Origin: Candidatus Bathyarchaeum tardum
GTDB lineage: Archaea; Thermoproteota; Bathyarchaeia; Bathyarchaeales; Bathyarchaeaceae
Direction of reading: 5' to 3'
NCBI GenBank assembly: GCA_024650005.2
Contig: CP122380.1
Coordinates: 2,016,001 to 2,080,000, forward strand
DNA length: 64,000 bases
How positions within the stretch are numbered: the stretch's first letter is position 1; every line of letters begins with the position of its first letter. The position numbers were made by a program, and so were the translations under genes. Below, piece after piece: positions 1-10,064 of the stretch. The notes beneath the pieces were generated by a model. That model worked only from the letters and a program-made list of their open reading frames with translations, was not told where the DNA came from and made no database searches.

Positions 1-66
1 GTACACTATATTGAGCAAGTTTTACTGCGATGTTTTAATTTAAAAAATTAGTAGAGAAACTGATGG

Positions 67-381
67 TTACATCAGTTCAATGCTGACGAAAACTTCTTCG
101 GGTACTCGGACCCTCATGATTCGGCGCATTACTCGTTCTTCTGCGTCAACTATGATAAGGCGCTTGTGTATTCGCAGTTCCCATCGGTCCCATGTTGCAG
201 TTCCTTGACCGCAGGGGGTTTTGCGTACGGGCACTTTGAGTTTCTTTGTTGGCAGGGGATGTGGTCCTGTTATTTTTACGCCGGTCTTCTCAGCGATGAG
301 TTTTAGTTCTCCACATACATTTTCAAGCTTTTTGTAGTCAGTGCTTGTGAGCTTGATTCTCGCTTTTCTTACCATCGCCAA
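67..381 (-). CDS. rps10: 30S ribosomal protein S10 (uS10)
   Basis: KARIKLTS...GPHPLPTKKL...RKTPCGQG..TWDRWELRIHKRLI is the archaeal uS10 signature; alternative start at ATG 375. Confidence 0.97.
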   Translation of the reverse strand: MAMVRKARIKLTSTDYKKLENVCGELKLIAEKTGVKITGPHPLPTKKLKVPVRKTPCGQGTATWDRWELRIHKRLIIVDAEERVMRRIMRVRVPEEVFVSIELM

Positions 382-519
382 GATACTCCATTTGATGTTG
401 CCTTATCCTATTTCCGCATTTTAAATACTTTTTCCCTGTGTACTCAGATTCTATGACTTCTCCCCAGAAATACCTTTGGGTTTTGGGATAACATGACTGT
501 AAAAAACATGGAATTTAAC

Positions 520-1446
520 CTAAAAGGGCAGAACTAATCCAGCTAGTTCGCCAAACAGTATGAGGCTTGATATTACGTAACCTAGAATTGCTCCACTGCA
601 TAGAAGGGGCAGCCCTGCTTGGGGTTTTCCTTTAACTACAAGAGTCATTAACGCGCCAAAGCCAACTAGGGTGCCAATCATAACAGATAAAGCTACTAGG
701 AATCCGTTGTCGGGGATGTTATGGAAGGTTGCAACAACTAGTATTCCGGGCATGACTATGTCGCCCAATCCCAAGAAGAAGGCTTCCCGTTCTTGTTTTT
801 CTTCGATTTTTTGTTTTAGCCCTTTAGTTTCTTTGATTAAAGAATACTGTCGGATTTTGGGTACAACCATCATTACGGGCAGTTTAAGGTCCATAACTGC
901 GTCTGCGAGGTCGATCATGTGTTTTGTTTTATAAACTGAAATTGCATCGTATACAGCCAATCCGATAAGTAACACAATTACCAAGAATATGCCAAGGGAA
1001 ATTCCAAAGATTCCTATGGCTCCGACCCCGACGATGATTCCGGCTAGGTCGATTATGTACCATTCAGGATATTTGACAAGGGCGATCACTAGAATTGCTG
1101 CGACGACTATTGAAAGTATTAAGGATATGTCAGCTGAAACAACATAGGTTAACAGGGGATAGAACACGAAAACTGTGGTGTACGAGATTGACCCCAGTAT
1201 TATGACTTGTATGAACTGTTTTTTCCAGTATTTTGCAATTAACAGTATAGTGAGGGTTACTGCCATCATTATTACAAAAAAGACAAGCAAGTTATCCAAG
1301 GAGTTGGCGTCTTCAAAAGCTACCAGTCCGGCTGCTTCAAAAGGTTGGGTAATTAGTATGGCTAACAGGTGGATGACCACGAATAAGCCGCCCATTAGAA
1401 CCATGGGAAAAACAACTGAGTCTTTTTCATGTTTGTCGGTGGTCAT
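520..1446 (-). CDS. Presenilin-like intramembrane aspartyl protease (PSH/A22 family)
   Basis: Multi-TM protein with YD (AVYDAISV), GLGD and C-terminal PQAGLP motifs. Confidence 0.9.
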   Translation of the reverse strand: MTTDKHEKDSVVFPMVLMGGLFVVIHLLAILITQPFEAAGLVAFEDANSLDNLLVFFVIMMAVTLTILLIAKYWKKQFIQVIILGSISYTTVFVFYPLLTYVVSADISLILSIVVAAILVIALVKYPEWYIIDLAGIIVGVGAIGIFGISLGIFLVIVLLIGLAVYDAISVYKTKHMIDLADAVMDLKLPVMMVVPKIRQYSLIKETKGLKQKIEEKQEREAFFLGLGDIVMPGILVVATFHNIPDNGFLVALSVMIGTLVGFGALMTLVVKGKPQAGLPLLCSGAILGYVISSLILFGELAGLVLPF

Positions 1447-1568
1447 TTCCTTTTAAGAACACAGTTACTGGCTTATAGAGTTTGTTTCAAGAACCAACAA
1501 AAGTCTGGCCTGCACAAAAGGCTATAGTTTGATATACTGGGTTTGTTTGTAGAATTGTGTGATTTGCA

Positions 1569-2612
1569 TTGAAGTTAGTTGAAGTTCTGGAAAAGTTTTC
1601 CAATGTTAATGGCGTAACTGGGCGAGAAGACCAAGTTCGAAACTTGCTTGAAAATTACTTGAAACCCTACGTTGACGAAATCAAAGAAGATAAACTAGGG
1701 AACCTAATTGGATTTAAGAAAGGCAAAGCCGATGCGCCCACGGTTATGATTGCTGCCCACATGGACGAAGTGGGATTAATGATTAAAAACATCAAGAAAA
1801 AAGGCTTTTTGCAGTTCACAAAAATTGGGGGAATCGATGATAGGGTGCTTTTTGCTCAAAAAGTTATTGTTCACACGGAAAAAGGTCCACTAGTTGGAGT
1901 TGTAGGCGCGAAACCAGTTCATATTCAAAAAGACGAAGAACGCAAAAAAGTCATTGACGCTGACCACCTGTTTATCGACATCGGAGCCAAAGACAAAGAA
2001 GAGGCAGAAAAAATGGGGGTTCAAGTTGGGGATGTTGTTAGTTTTGACATCCAGTTTGGCAAATTAAACAAAAACGTTGTTTTAGGGAAAGCCTTCGACG
2101 ACCGTGTGGGTTGCGCAATTTTGGTTGAAGTAATGAAGCAGCTACAAGATTGTGACTGTAACGTTTACGTTGTGGGCACAATTCAGGAGGAAGTAGGCTT
2201 GCGTGGAGCCACCATTGCAGCTTTTAGTATTCAACCTGATTTAGGCCTTGCAGTTGACGTTACTGTTGCTGGGGACACCCCAGGAGTAGTAGAAGGGGAT
2301 GCTCCTGCCAAGATGGGTGGAGGTCCAGCGTTAACGGTTGCGGATGCAGGTTTGATTACCCATCCTAAGGTGTTGCGGTTGCTAATTGATTCAGCAAAAG
2401 AAAACAAAATTTCGTATCAGTTGGAAACGGGAATTCGAGGTTGCACAGATGCAGCAAAAATTGCATTAACAAGGGATGGAGTTCCCAGTGGCGTCGTTTC
2501 TGTTCCTGCTCGGTACATTCACAGTCCAGCAGGCATAATCAATCTGGACGATGTCCAGAAAACTGTTGATTTGTTGGTTTGTGTAGTAAAGAATGTTCCA
2601 AAACATTTTTGA
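1569..2612 (+). CDS. M42 family (TET-like) aminopeptidase
   Basis: AAHMDEVG, KAFDDRVG, QEEVGLRGA, RYIHSP metal-binding motifs. Confidence 0.95.
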   Translation: MKLVEVLEKFSNVNGVTGREDQVRNLLENYLKPYVDEIKEDKLGNLIGFKKGKADAPTVMIAAHMDEVGLMIKNIKKKGFLQFTKIGGIDDRVLFAQKVIVHTEKGPLVGVVGAKPVHIQKDEERKKVIDADHLFIDIGAKDKEEAEKMGVQVGDVVSFDIQFGKLNKNVVLGKAFDDRVGCAILVEVMKQLQDCDCNVYVVGTIQEEVGLRGATIAAFSIQPDLGLAVDVTVAGDTPGVVEGDAPAKMGGGPALTVADAGLITHPKVLRLLIDSAKENKISYQLETGIRGCTDAAKIALTRDGVPSGVVSVPARYIHSPAGIINLDDVQKTVDLLVCVVKNVPKHF

Positions 2613-2633
2613 CCAAACTTTTCCCCACAAATA

Positions 2634-3080
2634 ATGGGACTTGCACGTATGAAGACTCGTTTCAAGTTTTTGGAGCACACCGCAGACGCGTACATTGAAG
2701 CCTACGGAAACAGTTTAGAAGAAGCTTTTGAAAGCGCAGGATTGGCTTTTACAGATGTTATGACTACCCTTGAAACAGTCGAGGCAAAAACGGAAGAAAC
2801 TTTTGCAGTTGAAGCTCAGGACGAAGAGGCTTTGTTGTACAGTTGGCTTGAAGAATTGTTACTTGCTTTTGAGTTGAAGCAAATGTTGTTTTCTAGTTTT
2901 GAAGTTTCAAGCATAACACCAACAGCTAAGGGATTAAAGCTAGTTGCAAAAGCATGGGGAGAAACCTACGATCCAGAAAGGCATGTGTCCAAAGTGGGGG
3001 TTAAAGCTGCTACGTATCATCAGATGAAAATCGTTAAAGACTCTGATGGCGTGGTTTTACGGTTTCTTCTAGACATTTAA
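2634..3080 (+). CDS. Archease
   Basis: FLEHTAD N-terminal motif, VKAATYH, C-terminal LDI; start may be ATG 2649. Confidence 0.95.
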   Translation: MGLARMKTRFKFLEHTADAYIEAYGNSLEEAFESAGLAFTDVMTTLETVEAKTEETFAVEAQDEEALLYSWLEELLLAFELKQMLFSSFEVSSITPTAKGLKLVAKAWGETYDPERHVSKVGVKAATYHQMKIVKDSDGVVLRFLLDI

Positions 3081-3152
3081 CGGTATAATCAAATTATTTA
3101 TTAGCCCACCTGAGAATATTATTTGTGGGAGATAGTTTTTGGAAGTGATTGT

Positions 3153-3566
3153 ATGGCATCAAAAAAGTTGTTAGAGTTAATGAACAAAGGAATCGCCCGG
3201 GAACTGCAAGTATCTATCCAGTACATGTGGCAACACGTCATGGTTACTGGAATCAAAAGCGCCATGGTTGGAGGAGTCTTTAAAGAAATTGCCATCACAG
3301 AAATGAAACACGCCGAAGAAATCGCAGAACGCCTAGCGTACCTTGGAGGAGTGCCCACCATAAAGCATGACCCCATCGTAGTAGGCAAAAACTTGGAAGA
3401 AATGCTCCAATTAGACAAAAAAGCCGAAGAAGAAGCTATAGAATTATACAAAGAAACAATCAAAGCGGCAACAGCCGACGGGGACATTACAACCCGCAGA
3501 TTGTTTGAAGAAATCCTCGGCGACGAAGAAGAACACGAAGACACCTTTACTAAACTGTTGCAGTAA
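3153..3566 (+). CDS. Ferritin-like / bacterioferritin-family di-iron protein
   Basis: Four-helix pattern E..QY, EMKH, EEEA, DEEEH. Confidence 0.88.
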   Translation: MASKKLLELMNKGIARELQVSIQYMWQHVMVTGIKSAMVGGVFKEIAITEMKHAEEIAERLAYLGGVPTIKHDPIVVGKNLEEMLQLDKKAEEEAIELYKETIKAATADGDITTRRLFEEILGDEEEHEDTFTKLLQ

Positions 3567-3688
3567 CAACAACTTTCCATTTTCTTTTTTTGTTTTGTAA
3601 CTTGTTTTGTTTAGTTGAAGATACGTTTATCACACTAAATTATGAGTAAAAGCTTATAGACACCAAAACCCAATGAACAAATCTACAA

Positions 3689-3775
3689 GTCGGGATGGCA
3701 GAGCGGATAACGCGCAGGCCTTGAAAGCCTGTGACCCAACGGGTCGCGTGGGTTCGAATCCCACTCCCGACGCCA
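3689..3775 (+). tRNA. tRNA-Ser(TGA), CCA encoded
   Basis: Acceptor GTCGGGA/TCCCGAC, discriminator G then CCA; anticodon arm CAGGC-CTTGAAA-GCCTG; long variable arm; GGTTCGAATCC T-loop. Confidence 0.96.
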
Positions 3776-3869
3776 CAATTACAATTTTTTATATCCAGTT
3801 GAAAATTCAAAGCAGATTGAAAAAATATGATTCGACTAAAATGACGTCAATTTTGAGCAAATATAAAAT

Positions 3870-4808
3870 TTAGCAAGCTCTTGGGGAAGTCATGTCCGAA
3901 AATTCACTTTTCATCTTTTGCATTTCTTTGAAGAGTATTTCATTACCAAAGAATAAATTATCTTGATAGTTCAAAGCGTTAACATTAACTAATTCTTGGA
4001 GAATATAGGGTAATCTAAAGTAAACTTTTGATCTTCGTCCATAGATTATTGCACATTGACGTGCAAAAGAATCTTTTGTCCAATAAATCAACTCATCAGC
4101 TTCAAGTGCTGGTCTATAATAACAACTATCAACATGCACAAAAGGATCAAGTTGTGTTATGTTAAAAACTTCTCGTAATGCAGAATATCTTGTTTTAATT
4201 ATGTAAGAGAGTATCGCTTTGCTCAGCTTCTGAGGATCGTTTCCCGTTTGGAAAACAAGCTCTGTAAACATATTGCCGTAAGAATATCTTTTTTCAGCAT
4301 ACTTAACTATCTCTAGGCTTTCAAGTAATTTTAGATATTTCCGTATTTTTTCAGCCTCTTTAGTTGAAAGTAAATTTATTTCGAAATCACAGATGGCTTT
4401 ATTCCATTGGAGGTGAGATATAATGGTTCCAATTTTTCCTAAAACCCATTTTACTTCGCCAATATCAGCAAAATTATCAGCTGAAGCTGTTACAATTATT
4501 CTTTCAGCACGTTTTTGCCACAAATCAAGATAACCAGAAAGATTCTGCACACAAATATCTCTTGATGTCGCATTGATATTTTGAAGGTCTTCTTGAACTT
4601 GCACTGTCCCTAATCTTCTAAGGGATAGAAACTTCACAATTCGTTCATTGGGGCATCGGTCATCACAAATTATTCGCGGATAATCAGATTTTAGTTCTGC
4701 AATCCAGGTCTTTCCTTTTACATCAAATTTTGGTTCATCAACAGAAATGAGATTGCCGTAATGCTGATTTACATATTTTCGAATCACATATTTGGCATTC
4801 AGTTCCAT
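3870..4808 (-). CDS. Hypothetical protein (312 aa), possibly with winged-helix-like C-terminal domains
   Basis: Long AT-rich ORF 21 nt downstream of the peptidase gene, GAGG upstream; YLKLLESLEIVK-like helix-plus-wing pattern (weak). Confidence 0.7.
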   Translation of the reverse strand: MELNAKYVIRKYVNQHYGNLISVDEPKFDVKGKTWIAELKSDYPRIICDDRCPNERIVKFLSLRRLGTVQVQEDLQNINATSRDICVQNLSGYLDLWQKRAERIIVTASADNFADIGEVKWVLGKIGTIISHLQWNKAICDFEINLLSTKEAEKIRKYLKLLESLEIVKYAEKRYSYGNMFTELVFQTGNDPQKLSKAILSYIIKTRYSALREVFNITQLDPFVHVDSCYYRPALEADELIYWTKDSFARQCAIIYGRRSKVYFRLPYILQELVNVNALNYQDNLFFGNEILFKEMQKMKSEFSDMTSPRAC

Positions 4809-4829
4809 TTTTTTTACCTCAGATTGCTG

Positions 4830-5399
4830 TTATTTTTCTTGGTTACCAAATTCTTCTAACATCCTCTGTTTCTTTTTGCCTATTTTAATTTTTACAACTT
4901 CTCTATCCCAACTGTCCCAGCTAGCTAAAAAATCGGGAATATACATGGACCGTTCACCATATATTGGATCATTAAAATAAACCTGATTTGTCGATTCATT
5001 CACTTCGGTAATTACAACAGCATGTTTACATCTATGTTGATCATCTTTAAGGTCAATCATCACAATAGGTGGTTGTCCATCACCTATTTCAGTTTCAAGT
5101 TCAGTCAATGTGTGCCATTTTAACGCATATTCAAATTCAATAGAGGGAATAGCAGCTAATACTTCAGGCACACTATTTAGATTTAAAATCATATTAGGAT
5201 AGGTCCCATCAGCTCGGGTATCAATAATTTTTCCGATTTCTTCCAAATCAAAATCAGGCACTCTTCCCTGAGGATAAAAATTTTTAATAAACATCAAAAC
5301 CATTTTTACACATCTGGGAATACAAGAAAAACCATCTTCCTGAAGAGGCTCGACCAACGGAACTGATAAATGCACTAACGAAATGACACCGTTAACCAA
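4830..5399 (-). CDS. C39-like (papain-fold) cysteine peptidase
   Basis: VP..LQ...SC (oxyanion Gln, catalytic Cys), GQPPIV, HAVVI (His), YFNDP (Asp), F..SW; no transporter domain or signal peptide. Confidence 0.82.
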   Translation of the reverse strand: MVNGVISLVHLSVPLVEPLQEDGFSCIPRCVKMVLMFIKNFYPQGRVPDFDLEEIGKIIDTRADGTYPNMILNLNSVPEVLAAIPSIEFEYALKWHTLTELETEIGDGQPPIVMIDLKDDQHRCKHAVVITEVNESTNQVYFNDPIYGERSMYIPDFLASWDSWDREVVKIKIGKKKQRMLEEFGNQEK

Positions 5400-5662
5400 A
5401 TTCTTTTAACTAATATTTCAGATTTACTCATGTTTGAACAAAATATTCAAGTTATATAAAAGAATGAAAAAATAAGGAATAAAGCAAATGATTAACATCT
5501 GAAGAAACCCTTATAAAAATCTCTTTTGGGAGCGATAAAAGTTTGCTCATACTAATGTCCTGCAGATTGTGAGCCAATAAATTTTGAGTGTAAACAAATT
5601 TAAGTAGATAATTTGAAAGTTTATGGTAGTATTTTTTGTTGGAATGTAAATTGGATGAACAC

Positions 5663-7690
5663 ATGGATCATAGACAGTCCAAGCAGCAAGGGGGCGGTCA
5701 TTCTCAACATATAGCAGAATTTAAAAAGAAATTTTTTGTTTGTCTTGTTCTCACAGTTCCGATTTTGGTTCTTTCTGAGATGATTCAAAGCTGGTTTGGT
5801 TTTGTACTAATTGTTCCTTGGCAAAATGAAATTGTGTTCATTTTGTCGTTGATTGTTTACATCTATGGCGGTCTTCCGTTCCTTAAAGGAATGCTTAAAG
5901 AATTAAAGAACCGCCAACCTGGAATGATGACTTTAATTGGGACAGCAATTTCGGTTGCTTTCTTTTATTCAGCAGCAACAGTTTTTGTCATTGTTGGCAA
6001 GGATTTCTTTTGGGAATTGGCAACCTTAGTTGATGTAATGCTTTTTGGGCATTGGATAGAAGCAAAAAGTGTAATGGGGGCTTCAAGAGCTTTAGAAGAG
6101 CTAGTAAAAATCATGCCTATAACTGCACATTTAGTTGATGATGGTGAAATTATTGACGTTCCTGTTTCGGAGTTAAAAAAAGACAATATTGTATTGGTCC
6201 GTCCTGGAGAAAAAATCCCTTCAGACGGAGTAGTGACTGACGGGGAATCTTTTGTAAATGAATCTTTATTGACTGGAGAGTCAAAGCCGATCCATAAAAT
6301 ACCTGAAAACAAAGTTATTGGTGGCTCTATTAATGAAGAAGGCGTTTTAAAGATAAGAATTGAGAAAACTGGAAAGGAGACATATATTTCACAAGTAATA
6401 AGTTTGGTTAAACAAGCCCAAGAAAGCAAGTCCAAAACTCAGGATCTTGCAAATCGAGCTTCTGCATTGCTTTTTTACGTTGCCTTGACGGTGGGTATAA
6501 TAACGTATGTTGCTTGGTTGTTTTTTGGATATCCAGATATTGCTCTTGAGCGATCTGTTACGGTTCTGGTAATTGCTTGTCCTCATGCCTTGGGTTTAGC
6601 TATACCTCTTGTTGTGGCATTATCCACGTCAATTACAGCAAAAAGTGGGATTTTAATTCGAGATAGAAAAGCCTTTGAAACAATAAGGGACATTGATGTT
6701 GTTGTTTTTGATAAAACAGGAACATTAACAGAAGGAAAATTTGGGGTTTCGGATGTTGTTTCTTTCATTCCCGAAGATGAGTTGGTGAAATTGTCTTCAG
6801 CTGTTGAATTAAACTCGGAACATATTATTGCAAAAGCTATCGTGGATTACGCTAACGAGAAAGAAATAAAAATTCCAAAAATTGAGGAGTTCAAAGCAAT
6901 ACCTGGAAAAGGTGCACAAGGAAAAGTTAACGGTAAAACAGTTTACATGGGAAGCCCCAGCTTTATAGAGGAACAAAAAATCGAAATTAATGATGAACGT
7001 ATTTTATCTCTGCAAAAGCAGGGTAAAACGGTTGTTTTTTCAGTTGTAGACGGTAAACTTGCTGGTGCATTTGCTCTTTCAGACAGAATTAGAGAAGTTT
7101 CAAAAGAGGCTGTAAAAGAATTAACCAGAAACGGCATTAAAGTGTACATGCTTACAGGTGACGCCAAAGAGGTGGCGGCTTCTGTTTCTGAGGAACTGGG
7201 GATAACTGATTATTTTGCTGAAGTTCTTCCTGATCAAAAAGCAGAGAAAATTAGCTCATTGAAAGCCAAAAACTTGAAGGTTGCAATGGTAGGTGATGGG
7301 ATTAACGATGCCCCTGCCTTGGTTACTGCTGATGTTGGAATAGCTATTGGTGCTGGAACAGATGTGGCGATAGAAAGTGCTGACATTATTCTGGTAAGAA
7401 ATGACCCCAGAGATGTGGTAAAGGTAGTAAATCTTTCAAGAAAAACGTACTCCAAGATGATTCAGAACCTTTGGTGGGCAGCTGGATACAACATTTTTGC
7501 TATTCCATTAGCAGCCGGAATTTTGTACAATTTTGGGATCATTGTAAGCCCTGCAATAGGTGCTCTTTTGATGTCAATAAGCACGGTTATTGTTGCAGTA
7601 AATAGCCAAACTCTTAGAAAATACGAATCAAAAGGAAAAGATGTCGCTACCAACCAGACCAAGTCCGAACATTTGCACAATGTTTCATGA
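5663..7690 (+). CDS. copB: Heavy-metal P1B-type ATPase, CopB type
   Basis: TGES, CPH in TM6, DKTGT, GDGINDAP, YN and MSxST motifs; His-containing N-terminus. Confidence 0.93.
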   Translation: MDHRQSKQQGGGHSQHIAEFKKKFFVCLVLTVPILVLSEMIQSWFGFVLIVPWQNEIVFILSLIVYIYGGLPFLKGMLKELKNRQPGMMTLIGTAISVAFFYSAATVFVIVGKDFFWELATLVDVMLFGHWIEAKSVMGASRALEELVKIMPITAHLVDDGEIIDVPVSELKKDNIVLVRPGEKIPSDGVVTDGESFVNESLLTGESKPIHKIPENKVIGGSINEEGVLKIRIEKTGKETYISQVISLVKQAQESKSKTQDLANRASALLFYVALTVGIITYVAWLFFGYPDIALERSVTVLVIACPHALGLAIPLVVALSTSITAKSGILIRDRKAFETIRDIDVVVFDKTGTLTEGKFGVSDVVSFIPEDELVKLSSAVELNSEHIIAKAIVDYANEKEIKIPKIEEFKAIPGKGAQGKVNGKTVYMGSPSFIEEQKIEINDERILSLQKQGKTVVFSVVDGKLAGAFALSDRIREVSKEAVKELTRNGIKVYMLTGDAKEVAASVSEELGITDYFAEVLPDQKAEKISSLKAKNLKVAMVGDGINDAPALVTADVGIAIGAGTDVAIESADIILVRNDPRDVVKVVNLSRKTYSKMIQNLWWAAGYNIFAIPLAAGILYNFGIIVSPAIGALLMSISTVIVAVNSQTLRKYESKGKDVATNQTKSEHLHNVS

Positions 7691-7740
7691 AATATTCCAA
7701 ATTTGGAATTAACTTTTTTTATTTTAAACGTGAGTTGAGA

Positions 7741-8340
7741 TTATTGAGTTTTTTCAGTAACCGAGGAAGAGGCAGGCAGGGTTACTATTTTTTTGTGATA
7801 AAACTTTGCAACTATACACAAAGCTGCTGCAATTAATGCTATCCAAAAAGGCCAAATGAATTCGGCAGTCATTAAGATGCTTACTGTTGCTCCTTGTGTC
7901 ATATCGGAAGGCATTACAGAGGTTATTGAACCGATTAATGGAACTTCGAAGCTGAAAAGAGATTTTACCAGATAAGTTGTTGCAAATAAGCCAACTAAGA
8001 AAAACACTACAGAATATAATGGTTTTTTATAAGCAAAATCCAGTAAACGTTTAGAATATGTTTCTTCGGGTTTAATAGAATAAACTAGCATGGTTATTCC
8101 GCCTGCTGCCAAAGATATTATGCTTGCAATGTTTAGTGCCCATATCAAAGGTATAGTAAAGGAATCTCCGACAAAATTGAAGTATGTGTTTACTGGTGAA
8201 ACTTTTGCTTCTACTAAGTTGTCGCCAACAATTAAGTGCCACCACGGGACAACAAATGATGCTACCAGAACAACAATTATTGTTGCACCTGCAATTATAC
8301 CAACCCAGTTCATTTTGTTAAATTGTAACACAATTTTCAC
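7741..8340 (-). CDS. Hypothetical membrane protein
   Basis: About 4 hydrophobic segments; co-oriented with the upstream ORF (3-nt gap). Confidence 0.7.
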   Translation of the reverse strand: MKIVLQFNKMNWVGIIAGATIIVVLVASFVVPWWHLIVGDNLVEAKVSPVNTYFNFVGDSFTIPLIWALNIASIISLAAGGITMLVYSIKPEETYSKRLLDFAYKKPLYSVVFFLVGLFATTYLVKSLFSFEVPLIGSITSVMPSDMTQGATVSILMTAEFIWPFWIALIAAALCIVAKFYHKKIVTLPASSSVTEKTQ

Positions 8341-8343
8341 CAG

Positions 8344-8874
8344 TTATGCAACAGTTGGAATGCTCAATACAATTTGTTCGGGAGTTTCAATGGTAATTCC
8401 ACTAACATCTAAAACTAGATTAGATAAAGTGACATCAACACTTAATTCATCAGAATGCTCAGTTGCGAAATGGTTTTCAGCTTCTTCGGTCCACGTGAAA
8501 ATTACTGTAATAATTTTTGTTTCTGTCGGTATCAGGTGCACTTTTTCGCTAAGAGCAGCAGAACCCAAAGGAACACCATGCTCGGTGCATTTGATATATG
8601 CCGAAACTTGATTTAGTGTTAAGTTAAAAGCGAATGTATTTGTAAAACTAAAAGTAATGTCAGAAGTGTACGAATCTTCATCCCATACTGCTCCAAGAAA
8701 CTGGGGCATTTCAAATGATGAAGCTGCATTGACTGTTTCATCAACAATGTTTTCAATTTCAGGGGGCATAACTACTTCTATAATATTTTCGTAATGAATA
8801 ATTGCTACTCCCGCAACAGGAGCAACTATACTACCAAAGTTCAGAATTAGAAGAAATAACCCTAATAGCTGCAA
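8344..8874 (-). CDS. Hypothetical membrane-anchored protein, beta-rich (LEA_2/Ig-like?)
   Basis: N-terminal TM followed by an acidic beta-strand-rich domain. Confidence 0.65.
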   Translation of the reverse strand: MQLLGLFLLILNFGSIVAPVAGVAIIHYENIIEVVMPPEIENIVDETVNAASSFEMPQFLGAVWDEDSYTSDITFSFTNTFAFNLTLNQVSAYIKCTEHGVPLGSAALSEKVHLIPTETKIITVIFTWTEEAENHFATEHSDELSVDVTLSNLVLDVSGITIETPEQIVLSIPTVA

Positions 8875-9128
8875 TACAACACCCCTATAAAATCAATGCT
8901 GATGATTTTGTTTTTAAGATTTTCCTCAAAATAGTTCGAACAAAATGATTTATTGGACTAGTTTTTTATTTGGGTCACTTTTCCAAGCATCGAGGTTTAT
9001 GCGTAACCTAAAACTATTGTTGCTCCGATGATTTGCCCACCCCACAAGAGGCAACAAATGGATCTTCTGAAGAGTATAGAATATATTAAAAAAAATGGAT
9101 GGACTAATGAAACTTTCAAATTGACAAA

Positions 9129-9932
9129 TCATGACAATTTGCGGTTGTTTATTTCGATTTTTAATGTCTGAATTTTTTCAACACCATGAAGGGATGAAAA
9201 CATTCCTAGCAGAGAATTTTGGATTATTGTCTCAGGGAAATTTTTTAAAGGCAGTTTAACACCGTTCACCTCAACAACTACATTATCTTTCAAATCTAAC
9301 GGACAACCAATGGTCTCAGATTTTCCTGAGACAATTGCCTTTGCATATTCATAACATGTAAGATAACCACATTCACCAACAGAATGGCATGTTGCACAAC
9401 CAGCAAGATTTGGCAATATCGGAAAAGTTTTTTGTTCAATGACATCAGCGATTTTATCAATGTCTTCAAGGGCATTAAAAACAGGAATTTTCAAACCCTC
9501 TTGAACAATTTCTGAGCAAGATTCTGCAATTTTGCCACTAACTGCTATAGCAAGCCCATCGGAAAAGGATTCAAAGTCCTCTTTGGTGTTGGCAGCAATT
9601 ATTTTTGCAAAAACCTGTTCATGCTCAAAGCCTTCTAAAAGTACATAGTCCATATTCTTCAAAAAAGGAACAATCTCAGTTAGGGAAAGTCTTCTCTTGA
9701 GAAATAGTCCTGTTTCGTTTTGGGGCAGAACAACAACTGTTTCTGCACCTGTTTCATCTTTTTTCCAAACACCTGTGGTTGGTTCAGCAGGTCCATCATT
9801 TGTTTGGGTGCAAGACAATTCTTTGATTGTAGCTACATGGTAGCCTCGATTATTGAGAATTGAAACAACATTTTTGATAATAGTTGTTTTTTCTGATTGT
9901 TTTGTCCCAACTACAGCAACAAATCGCGTCAT
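9129..9932 (-). CDS. mobB: MobB-like molybdopterin-guanine dinucleotide biosynthesis protein with C-terminal Fe-S domain
   Basis: VAVVG..KTT, VATIK, DYVLLEGF; CATC...CGYLTC...CP cluster; VNG..LPL..F C-terminal domain. Confidence 0.8.
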   Translation of the reverse strand: MTRFVAVVGTKQSEKTTIIKNVVSILNNRGYHVATIKELSCTQTNDGPAEPTTGVWKKDETGAETVVVLPQNETGLFLKRRLSLTEIVPFLKNMDYVLLEGFEHEQVFAKIIAANTKEDFESFSDGLAIAVSGKIAESCSEIVQEGLKIPVFNALEDIDKIADVIEQKTFPILPNLAGCATCHSVGECGYLTCYEYAKAIVSGKSETIGCPLDLKDNVVVEVNGVKLPLKNFPETIIQNSLLGMFSSLHGVEKIQTLKIEINNRKLS

Positions 9933-10064
9933 ACAGATTCCTACAGACCCGATAACGATAGAGATTTAAATAATTTGCAATTTTTCAGCACGACATTTAG
10001 TTTTGAGATCAGGCAAAAGTTTACGCCTAAACAAAAAATGGAAAATTGTAAAGTTTGTTTTGGG

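Noticed and set aside
3689-3775. Possible tRNA-Sec or opal suppressor (TGA, long variable arm)
   Set aside because: Anticodon TGA reads UCA (Ser); Sec needs a TCA anticodon and a longer acceptor stem
3673-3873. 66-aa ORF
   Set aside because: Overlaps tRNA-Ser; spurious
3755-7700. attR-like duplicate of the tRNA-Ser 3' end or an integrase bounding the islet
   Set aside because: No repeat of CCACTCCCGACGCCA and no integrase found by eye, so the islet is not called a mobile element
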